20,000 nucleotides of DNA from Scenedesmus sp. PABB004 (taxonomy: Eukaryota). The notes under the pieces are model-generated. The model was given only the letters and a program-made list of their open reading frames with translations. It was not told the origin of the DNA and searched no databases. The translations under genes were made by a program, and so were the position numbers. Shown piece by piece: positions 1 through 9,400 of this stretch (position 1 is the stretch's first letter; each line of letters starts with the position of its first letter). Where the stretch lies: positions 484,319-504,318 of the forward strand of contig JABVCE010000027.1 in assembly GCA_014905635.1 (NCBI GenBank), written 5' to 3'.

Positions 1-42
1 CCCGCGCCGCGCCGCCGCTGACTGCCCGGCCGCCGCCCGCAG

Positions 43-3000
43 GGCGGCGAGGAGACGCGCGACGCGTGGGAGGTGTGCCGCAGCGGTCTGGGGCTGTACC
101 TGGTGCAGCAGGCGCTGGCGGGCATGGGCAGCAGCATCTCCGCCAGCAGCGAGGTGGGGCGGGGGAGCAGCTTTGTGTTTGAGCTGCCGCTCGCGGACAG
201 CGACTGCGAGAGCGAGAGCGAGGCGGACACCGACGTGTTCAGCGAGGCCGGAAGGTGCGCGCCAGCGCGCCGCAGCGCGCCGCAACGCCGGCGGGGCCCC
301 CTGCCGACGCGCGCCGCCGACGCCGCCGGCGCCGCCGCCGCTGCGTCGGCTCGCCGCAGCTTGCGCGCGAGCTTGGAGCTGGCAGACTTGGACGGCACCG
401 CGTGGCGCGGCGGCCCCGGCGGCAGCCTGCTGGCGGCCAGCGAGTCTGCGGCGTCTGTCAGCAGCAGGGGGCGCAACTCCATGGACTTGCTGGCGCCGCC
501 GGGCCAGGGCGCCGCGGCGCCGCCGCAGTCCTCGCTCCCGGGCGGTGCAAGCGGCGCCAACACTGCCGGCAGCAGCGCCTTGGAGCTGGGAGGCCAGGAG
601 CTGCAGGCGCCTACCACGGCGGGCGGCGGCGCCGCCAGGGCAGCGCCGGGCCAGGCAGTGGCCGGCGGCGGCAACGACCCCTCGAGCGGCACCGAGCCCG
701 CGGCCGGCGCCGAGCCGGGCGGTGCCGACGGCGCGCTGGGCGGGCCCTGCGGCGGCGCGGGGCTGGGCCCGCCCAAGCCGAGCCACCGCAGCGTGCGGGG
801 CGGGCGCATCCAGGTGCTGAGCGTCGACGACGACCCGGTGAACCAGCTGGTCGCCGGCACGGCGCTGCGCAGCCACAAGTGGGAGGTCGTCAAGTGCATG
901 AGCGGCGGCGAGGTGCGCCGCCGCGTGCGGGCCGCGCGGCGGGCGCCGCGCGGTGGCGGCGCCGCGCCCGCCCGCCCGCCCGCGCCGCGGCCGCCAGCGC
1001 ACCCGTGCGCCCCCACGGCCGCGCGCGCGCGCGGCGCGCAGGCGCTCGAGTACCTGAGCAGCGGGTGCGATGTGATGCCGGACCTGGTGCTGCTGGACGT
1101 GATGATGCCCAGCATGAGCGGCTACGAGGTCGCGGCGCGCATACGAGCGACATACCCCTCCAGCCTGCTGCCCATCATCATGGTGCGCGCGCCCCGCGCG
1201 CAGCGCGCCGCGCGCGCGCCGCACAGCACAGCACAGCACACAGCGGCGGCGGCGCCGCAGCGGCAGCGGCGCGGCCGCGTGGCGCGCCGAGCCCCCACGC
1301 CCCCGCGCGCGCCCGCGTCGCCGCGTCCCCGCGCCCTGCCGCGGCGCGCAGGTGTCGGCCAAGACTGAGGAGGAGGACATAGTGCAGGGCCTGCGCTGCG
1401 GCGCGGACGACTACATCACCAAGCCCTTCAAGCGCGCGGAGCTGGCGGCCCGCATCCGCGCCCACATCCGCGCGCGAGACGCGTTTGCCGAGGCGCAGGC
1501 CGTCGAGGCGGCGTGGCAGCTCGCACACAACCTGCTGCCCCCCAACGTGCAGCGCAAGCTGCGCGCCGGGGAGACGGTCATCGCGGAGAGCCACCCCGCT
1601 GCGAGCGTGCTCTGGGCGGAGGTCGTCGGCGGCGCGGCGCCCAGCCCCGGCGCGGCGCGAGAGGAGCAGCACGCAGCGCCGCCGCGGCCCGGCGCGGCGC
1701 CGGGCGCCGCGGGCGGCGCCGCCGCCAACGGCGCGGCGCTCGTGGCCCTCGGCGGCGGGCCCGGCCCGGGCGGCGTCGGCGGCGGGCTGACGCCGGCGGA
1801 GGCGGTGGTGACGCTGAACAGCCTGTACACGACGTGGGAGGAGCTGTGCGCGCGGGAGGAGGTGCTGGGCGTCGACTTCAGCGGCAGCACGTTTGTGGTG
1901 GTCAGCGGGCACGATGACGACCCCGGTCACCTGCTCAAGGTGCTGGCCACCGCGGAGGCCATGCTGCGCGCGGCGGCGGGCATGCGCCAGGCCGACGGCA
2001 GCGCGCTCGCGGTGCGGCTGGGCCTGGCCAGCGGGCCGCTGACCACGGGCCTGGTGGGCAGCAAGGTGGTCAAGCTCGTGCTCATGGGCGACACGGTGGA
2101 GGTCGCGCGCGCGCTGGCAGCGAGCGGCAGCACCCTCGGCCTGCACATCAGCGGCGCCGTGCACGCGGCGCTCGGGCCCGCCGCAGCGGCGGCAATGCCC
2201 TGGACGCTGCAGGCGCTGCCGGGCTGCGCTGCGCGCGCACACACCTACCTGCTGCCGCTGGGCGGCGGCGCCGGGGGCGTGCCCGCGCGCGGCGCCGACC
2301 AGGTGGCACGCCTGGACACCGGCCAGCGCCAGCGGCAGGGCAGCGGCAGCGAGCTCGCGGGGCCGAGCAGCGCAGACGGCAGCGTGGGGCGCGCCCCGCG
2401 CTTCGTACCCGCCCCCGGCAGCTGCGGCACCCCGGGCAGCGGCCAGGCGGCCGCCGCTGGCCTGGTGAGCGCGGCGCTGCCGGCCCCGGCCCCTGGCGGC
2501 TCGGTCGGCTTTGGCCGCAGCAGCGTCAGCAGCAGGCCGGGCAGCGCCCGCGCCAGCAGGGACGTGCGGCCGCAGGCCGGCAGCGGCGGCGCGGCGGCGG
2601 CGGCCAACGGCGCCGCTGCGGCCGGCGCCGAGGGCGTCGCGGAGGACTGGCTGCTGGTGAGCCCCGCGCGCGCGGCCGCGGCGGCGCGGGACCCAGCGCA
2701 CATGGTGTCAGCTGCTCCACCCTGCCGCGCGCTCACCCCGCCGACGCGTGCCGCGCCGCCGCAGAGCGACAGCACGCAGCTGCGCGGCGCCTGCAGCAAC
2801 AGCGGCAGCCCCGTTGTGACTCGGCACCAGCTGGCGGCGCTGCCAGCGGCCGTGGCGAGGGCCGCTGCGGCAGCTGCGGGCGGCGCCGGCGGCCAGGACG
2901 CGGACGGGGCGCAGTCTGCCGCGTCGGCGCTGCTGGCACAGCTGGGGACCGAGCGCCAGCAGCTGCAGCAGGCGCTGCTGGAGCGCACCCAGGCTGCGGC

Positions 3001-3661
3001 GGCGTCGCAGGCCGAGCTGGGCTGCGTTCGCGCGCAGCTGGGCGAGGCGCGCGCAGCAGCCGCCAGCCACGCTGGCACGGTCGAGGCGCTGCGCTCGCAG
3101 CTGGGCGCGGCGCTCATGCGGGCGCACCTGGCCGACTGCTGGCGCGCGCTGGCGACGATGCGGGGCCAGATGAGCAGCCTCAGCGCCGCCCTTCCGGGGA
3201 GCCTGGCGGGGCCGCCGCAGACCCTCGCGCTGCTGGGCGCGCCCGCCGGCCGCGCGAGCGGCAGCAGCGTGGGCGGCTCGCTGGCCGGCGGCTCGCTGGC
3301 CGGCGGCGACGCGGCCGGCGCCAGCCCCCTGCCCGGCCTGGACGCGCCGCCGGGCGGCGGCGCCGCGAGCGTCGTGGGCGCCAGCAGCGTCGGCGGCGCG
3401 CCGGGCAGCCCCGGCGCTGCGCAGCCGGCGCTGGCGCAGCTGCTGGCGCAGCAGTCGGCGCAGCTCACCGCGCTGCAGCAGCAGCAGCTGCTGCTGCTGG
3501 CGGGCCTGCAGCAGCAGGGCGCAGGGCTTGGCAGCCAGGCGTGGCCCGGCAGCGCCGGCGGCCTGCAGCCAGCGGGCTCCGCGACCGGCCCCGAGCAGCT
3601 GCCGGCCGCGCGCGCCAGCGGCGCCGGCAGCGCCGGCAGGGCCGGCGGCGCGGCGGGCTGA
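43..3661 (+). CDS. Hybrid histidine kinase - receiver - nucleotide cyclase-like protein, 5'-partial (histidine kinase rhodopsin / 2c-Cyclop-like architecture)
   Basis: Predicted exons 43-254, 360-912, 1042-1182, 1352-2656 and 2765-3661, all GT-AG. Introns 255-359 and 2657-2764 are in-frame and less certain. HATPase_c end: SGLGLYLVQQALAGMGSSISASSEVGRGSSFVFELP. Receiver: VLSVDDDPVNQLVA..PDLVLLDVMMPSMSGYEV..LPIIMVSAK..GADDYITKPF. Class III cyclase homology runs from LLPPNVQRKLRAGETVIAESH to VRLGLASGPLTTGLVG..MGDTV. The tail is coiled-coil and low complexity. The N-terminal sensor lies outside the window. Confidence 0.85.
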
Positions 3662-3963
3662 GAGCCGGCGGCGCGGCGGCGACGAGGGCGGCGTGAATGC
3701 ACGTCTCCCTGGCCGCAGTCACCTAGCGTGCTCTCTCGTGTTTCATGCTTTCTAGGGCTTTGTGAGCAGCAGCAACCCAACCGGTGATCCCGATTCCACA
3801 CTTCTGCTGCTGGGGTTCGGCGCCGGTCTCGGTGCGTTTAGCGGCTGCTGAAACCGAGCTGCCCCCCTCTTCTTGCGTTCGCATCCCGGTCTACTCCCTG
3901 AGCCGATCCAAGTCTCACCGCGCAGCCCGCCTCCAGTCCGGACGGGCAGCGGCAGCAGCAGAG

Positions 3964-5562
3964 ATGGATGCCCAGGGGTGGCTCGGCCTGGGCCTGCACG
4001 GCGGCGGAGATGATGCCGAGGGCGCCGTGGACATCCCGCCCGCAGGCGTGGCGCTCGCAGGCGCCTTGATCTTCGTGCAGATCGCGCTGAGCGCACGGTG
4101 CGCTGCTGCTGCGCCGCTGCCGCGGCGCTCGGGCGGCGGCGGGCGCGGCACGCTCGCGGGCCGCGCGGCGCCAGGACGCGCTGCCAGGCTGCTTTGGGTG
4201 GCAGAGGCGCTGCGCCGGGCTGACCCTTTCCGCCGCCGCCGCCGCCGCCGCCAGGCTCGGCCTCGGCCTGCACTCGCAGCTCGCGATCGGCGGGGTGCGG
4301 TGCGTGGCGCAGCTGTCGCTGCTGGGGCTCATCCTGAAGCCCATCTTCACCTCCAACAGCGCCGCGCTCGTCGCGGCGTACGCGGGGTTTATGATCATGG
4401 TGAGCGCGGCCGAGGCGCTCGGCCGGCCGCCGGTGACGTACCGCTTCATGTTCCTGCACACCCTGCTCATCATCGCGGCGGTCGCGGCGAGCAGCATCGC
4501 CTACGCCCTGCTCGTCATCCTGCGCGTCACGCCCTGGTGGGCGCCGCAGGTGCGGCGCGCGCCGCGGCGCGCGGCCCGGCGCGGCGGCTGCGCCCGCCCC
4601 CGCGCGCGCCCGCCCACGCGCTCGCCTGCACGCCGTTGGCGGCGCCAGTACCTCATCCCGCTGCTGGGCATGCTGCTGGGCAACACCATCAGCGGCATCA
4701 GCGTGGGCCTCACCGCGGTGCTCGACGAGCTCGCCGGCGGCGCGGAGCGCGTGGAGCGCCTGCTCGCGCTCGGCGCGACGCGGCGCGAGGCGAGCGCCGA
4801 CCTGCTGCGCCGCGCGCTGCGCCTGGCCATGACACCGCTGCTGAACCAGATGAGCGTGGTGGGCCTGGTCAGCATCCCCGGCATGATGACCGGCCAGATC
4901 CTCGGCGGCGGCCGCCCAGACACCGCGGCGCGGTGCGGGGCAAGAGCGCCGGGGGGCCTGCCGGCCCACGCGCCGCTGTCCGTCGCCGCGCGGCCGCCCG
5001 CCCGCCGCCTCACGCCCAGCACCCCTGCTCACCCTCGCACCCCCCCTTGTGTACGGGGGTGGTCAGGTACCAGATGATGGTCATGTTCCTGCTCGGCTCC
5101 GCCTCCACCGCCGGCGCGGTCGCGTCCACGCACGCCGCGCTGTTTGCCGTCATCGACGCCCAGCACCGCCTGCACCCGGAGCGCCTGCACCGACGCCCGC
5201 ACGGCGCCGCGGGGGGCGTCAACGGCCTCGTCAACGCGGCGGCCATGGCGGTGTGGGCCGCGCGAGCGCGCGCGCGGCCGAGCGCGCCGCGGCCCGGCGG
5301 GCGCCGCCACACCGCGTGCGCTCAAGCGCGCGCTCGCGGCCCGCCCTCCGCTTGCCGCCCGCAGGTGTGGCGCGCGGTCGCAGGGGCGTGCAGCAGGACC
5401 GCCGCGTGCTGCTGCTGCTGCCTGCGGCGAGCCGAGCCACCAGCGCAGTGCGCCCCCGACGGCGCGGGGCGCGAGGCGACCGGGAGCGGCGCTGGCGCGC
5501 TCGAGGAGGCGAAGCAGCCGCTGCTGGGGGGGCCGGGCGGCAGAGACGGCAGCGACGCGTGA
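3964..5562 (+). CDS. UPF0014-family ABC transporter permease (FetB/YbbM, STAR2/ALS3-like)
   Basis: Exons 3964-4097, 4255-4549, 4649-4932, 5067-5250 and 5365-5562. Family motifs: RCVAQLSLLGLILKPIF, PQYLIPLLGMLLGNTISG, ERLLALGATRREA, MTPLLNQMSVVGLVSIPGMMTGQILGG, RYQMMVMF. Several hydrophobic helices. Confidence 0.9.
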   Translation: MDAQGWLGLGLHGGGDDAEGAVDIPPAGVALAGALIFVQIALSARCAAAAPLPRRSGGGGRGTLAGRAAPGRAARLLWVAEALRRADPFRRRRRRRQARPRPALAARDRRGAVRGAAVAAGAHPEAHLHLQQRRARRGVRGVYDHGERGRGARPAAGDVPLHVPAHPAHHRGGRGEQHRLRPARHPARHALVGAAGAARAAARGPARRLRPPPRAPAHALACTPLAAPVPHPAAGHAAGQHHQRHQRGPHRGARRARRRRGARGAPARARRDAARGERRPAAPRAAPGHDTAAEPDERGGPGQHPRHDDRPDPRRRPPRHRGAVRGKSAGGPAGPRAAVRRRAAARPPPHAQHPCSPSHPPLCTGVVRYQMMVMFLLGSASTAGAVASTHAALFAVIDAQHRLHPERLHRRPHGAAGGVNGLVNAAAMAVWAARARARPSAPRPGGRRHTACAQARARGPPSACRPQVWRAVAGACSRTAACCCCCLRRAEPPAQCAPDGAGREATGSGAGALEEAKQPLLGGPGGRDGSDA

Positions 5563-6420
5563 TGTGCTGCCGGCAGCGGAAACTGTCGGGTGTGACAATC
5601 AGCTCGGCCCTCTGCCCGTGAGCATGCGCGCTGCAGCAGTGAGCTGGGTCCGTTCCTGGGGAGCCGCCACGGTGACGCGCCGCTGACGGCAGCCTGTGCC
5701 AGCGCAGCTCCTGCGGCGCGCGGCTGACTCCCGCTTCGCTGCGCCAAGCGTCACCAGACGAGTGAGCGAGGAAGCCCACGGGTTGGAGGGTTACTCTTGA
5801 GTCCAGCGGCGCGTCAGCCACTGCCATGCCACACAACATTAAATGCTGCGCAGAGGCTGACTGAAGATTCCAGCAGTAAGCCGCTATTACGGGTTAAGAG
5901 GTTTCAGGGTTGATGGAAGCGGCAAGCTGCTTCATCAGCTGCTGCTTCCATGTCGTGTCATGATTGCGCGACGTGTGCAGTGCCAATAGTGCATAGACTG
6001 CAGTGCGCCTACTGCAGAGGAGTGCGCCGTCATCAGCGCACCAGACCTGGTGCCAATGCAGAAGGCATGAAGGGCATGCATGGAAAACCAACTCTCTCTC
6101 GGCGGCGCGGCAAGGATGGGGTGGGGAGTGGGCCCGAATCAAGGGCCCGAAAGGAGCACGCGCCAAAAACTGCGCGCCAAGAACGCAGTCCAAAGCAAAT
6201 CCAAAGCAAACCACTAGGGCGTGGCTGACAGGGCGGTCTGTCCTGCTCCGCACGCGCGCGCACAAACGCACGCGGGGCATGGCTGACCCCCGCAGCTCGG
6301 CAGCAGTGCTGCAGCTGCCGGCGCCGGGCACGCGTGCGCGCACGTGCGCAGCCCTGGGGCGGCGCGCCGCTCCGTGCTGGGGCGCCGTCGGTGGGGCTCA
6401 CCCTAGCCCCGTCACCGGCT

Positions 6421-9400
6421 CTAGAGCTCGTAGAGCGTGAAGCTGAGGTTGTCGATGCCGACCACGTTGTCCGTGTCGCTGCCGGACGACACGAGCACGT
6501 CGTTGACCATGAACACCATCCCGTCGCCGCTCGCCACGCTGCTGGTCGGTGTCACGACAACGTCAAAGGTCTGCTGGTTCGCCGCGTCATCGCCGTCCAC
6601 GGGGCCCGCCGTGACCCCCGTGACCGTGGACGAGACCGTCGTCAGGTGGTTGCTGGCACTGGACGATCCGGGGACGGAGGGCCGGTTGACAACAGCTGAG
6701 GTGCTGCTGTCGATGCTGGAATATGTCGCAGCGAAAAACTTGTAAAACCAGAACTTGAGCTCTGGCTGGGCGGCGGTGGTGGTCCCGCGCCACCACGTCT
6801 TGAACGTGCCCTTGATGCGCAGGCGTGTGCCGGTGAAGCCGGTGTGCTTGACGGCGACGCCGTACTCAGGGGCTGTGCCGTTCCTGCCGCGCGAGCCGAG
6901 CGCGCACTCGGTTGCGTTGTTCGGGTTGCACAGCCGCAGGAAGCCGGTCGGCGGCTGCGCGCGGGGGAAGGGGGTGGGGGGCAGGTGGCAGCAACTCAGG
7001 GGCGTGGTTCGTGGCTCGCCGCGGCGTGCAGCGCGCGCTGGGCGTGCGCGCAGCGCGCGCTGGGCGCAGCCGGCCCCACCTGCGCTGCGGCCGGGTCGTA
7101 CGACAGCAGCGGGAGGTTGGTTGCCCCCGACGTGGTCCACAGGAAGTACCGCACGAACGACGGCGTGGAGGCGGTGGCGGGCAGCCACCGGCCGGACAGG
7201 GAGGCGGTGCTGTTGTCGGGGAGCTCTGAGAGGTCGTTGAAGTCAAGAAAATATGTCGTCTCGCCTGCAGCCGACCGGGGGCGGGCGCGCGTGCGTGTGT
7301 GAGCCCCGCGCGAGCGCGGGCAGCAGACAGGCCCGCAGCCGCCGAGCCCCCACCCCCTCCTCCCGTCCCCTCGCGCGCCGGGCGGCAAGGGCGCGCGTGC
7401 GGCGCTCACAGATGACCCTGATCGTCAGGGTGACGTGGCTGCTCGTGTCGCTGCCGCCGTTGGCGGTGCCGCCGCTGTCGGTGAGGTAGACGTCCAGGAA
7501 CGCACTGCCGCACGTGGTGCCGTCCGTGGTGAAGGTCAGCCTGCCCATGTTGCCTGCGAGCGGGGCGCGTGCGCGAGCGCGCGGTCAGGGGGGTGGCCGC
7601 AGCAGCCGGCCAGGGCAGCCGCGCGCAGCAGTCACGGCCGCCGCGCGCGGCGCAGCACGCACCGACTGCTGAGCTGATGGCGGGCTGCGTGCCAAAGAGG
7701 GCGGTGTTGGAATTGCTCCCAATGACAAACGTAAGCTGCTGCCCGCTCTCGTCGGCCGGACCCGTTTGAATGTTGGTGGCCCACTGCGGCGCGCGCAGAC
7801 AGGCAGCCGGTGGGCACAGGCGGCAGGGGGCGCGCCAGCGCGCGGGGCCTGGGCTGCTCCGGCCACCAGCAGCCGCTGGCTGGGGGCAGCGCGTGCTGCC
7901 CAGCCCGAATCTCACCGCCTGATCGTACTGCACACCCTGGCCGTTGCTGGTGTCGATCTGAGCGACCTGAATGTTGGTGTTCCCCGGCGTGAAGGTCGGG
8001 GGGTCGTTCACTGCGCGTGGCGCGGGCGAGAGCAGCGCGAGCTCGGTCGGCGCCGGGGCGCGCAGCAAGCGCTGGCGTGGCGCGCTGCTCGCACGCGCGC
8101 CAAGAACAGCAGCCCACCTGGCACGACTATGAGCGCGAAGCTCTGCACTGTCAAGGCACTGCCCCCGGACGTGCCACTGGCGTCATCGGTGACTGCGACG
8201 CTGCACGTCGCCACGCCATTGGCGTGTTGGGCGACCACAAAGCTCAGGTCCCAACTGGCCGCCCCGGTCTGGGTAAGCGCAGGCTGCGTCGTGAAGGTGA
8301 GGCCACCTGCGCACGTCACCGTGGCACTCACGATCTGCTGCCCTGCGTCCACAGGGTCTGCGCACGTGATGAACGGGGACACAGTCCAGCTGGAGGGGAG
8401 ATCCTCGTACGCCGTGACCGTTGCGGGGATGGTGAACGTGGGCGGGGTGTTGCCTGAGCCGCTCGCTGCGCGGGAACAGCAACAGGCAGATGTGAGGGCG
8501 GTGTGAGGGCAGGCAGGTGGCGGTCGGTGCTGAACAAGGCGTCCTGCTGCCCCGCTGTGGCGCCTGCGCGGCTGCCCGCACAGAGGGCGCGTGCCCGAGC
8601 ACGGCCGCCGACCGCCACGGCACCGCCACCCCCGCGCAACTCACTGGTGCAGGCCGCGGGTGTGGTCACCGTCCACTGACCGCTCTGGCAGGTCGCCACG
8701 GGCGCCGTGCCGCTGTTGCCGCTGTTGCAGGAGCCCGTGCACGTGCTGCCGTCTGCGGTGGGGCAGGAGCCAGGCCACGCAGCGTTGGTGCCGGCCGACG
8801 AAGCCACAGAGGTGGAACACGTGACAGGGGTCACTGGGCAGGGGCGGCAGCGGCGCAAAGAGGTCAGGCGTCAGGTGGCAGCGGCCTCGGCGGTGCAGCA
8901 GGCCGATGCAACCAGGCAGCCGCGCCCGCTGCGCGCGCAAGCTCACCGGTGCAGGCCGCGGGCGTGGTCACCGTCCACTGACCGCTCTGGCAGGTCGCCA
9001 CGGGCGCCGTGCCGCTGCTGCCGCTGTTGCAGGAGCCCGTGCACGTGCTGCCGTCTGCGGTGGGGCAGGAGCCAGGCCACGCAGCGTTGGTGCCGGCCGA
9101 CGAAGCCACAGAGGTGGAACACGTGACAGGGGTCACTGGGCAGGGGCGGCAGCGGCGCAAAGAGGTCAGGCGTCAGGTGGCAGCGGCCTCGGCGGTGCAG
9201 CAGGCCGATGCAACCAGGCAGCCGCGCCCGCTGCGCGCGCAAGCTCACCGGTGCAGGCCGCGGGCGTGGTCACAGTCCACTGACCGCTCTGGCAGGTCGC
9301 CACGGGCGCCGTGCCGCTGCTGCCGCTGTTGCAGGAGCCCGTGCACGTGCTGCCGTCTGCGGTGGGGCAGGAGCCAGGCCACGCAGCGTTGGTGCCGGCC

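Noticed and set aside
43..3661. Naming the gene as a specific rhodopsin (COP/HKR)
   Set aside because: The rhodopsin and HisKA regions are outside the window, so only the architecture is suggestive.
3662..3963. Possible second bicistron (kinase gene plus permease)
   Set aside because: The 302-bp gap is large enough for a terminator and promoter, and there is no positive evidence without transcripts.
5885..5915. gggttaagaggtttcagggtt as an interstitial telomere or telomerase RNA template
   Set aside because: Too degenerate: no intact TTTAGGG unit or CTAAACCCT template.
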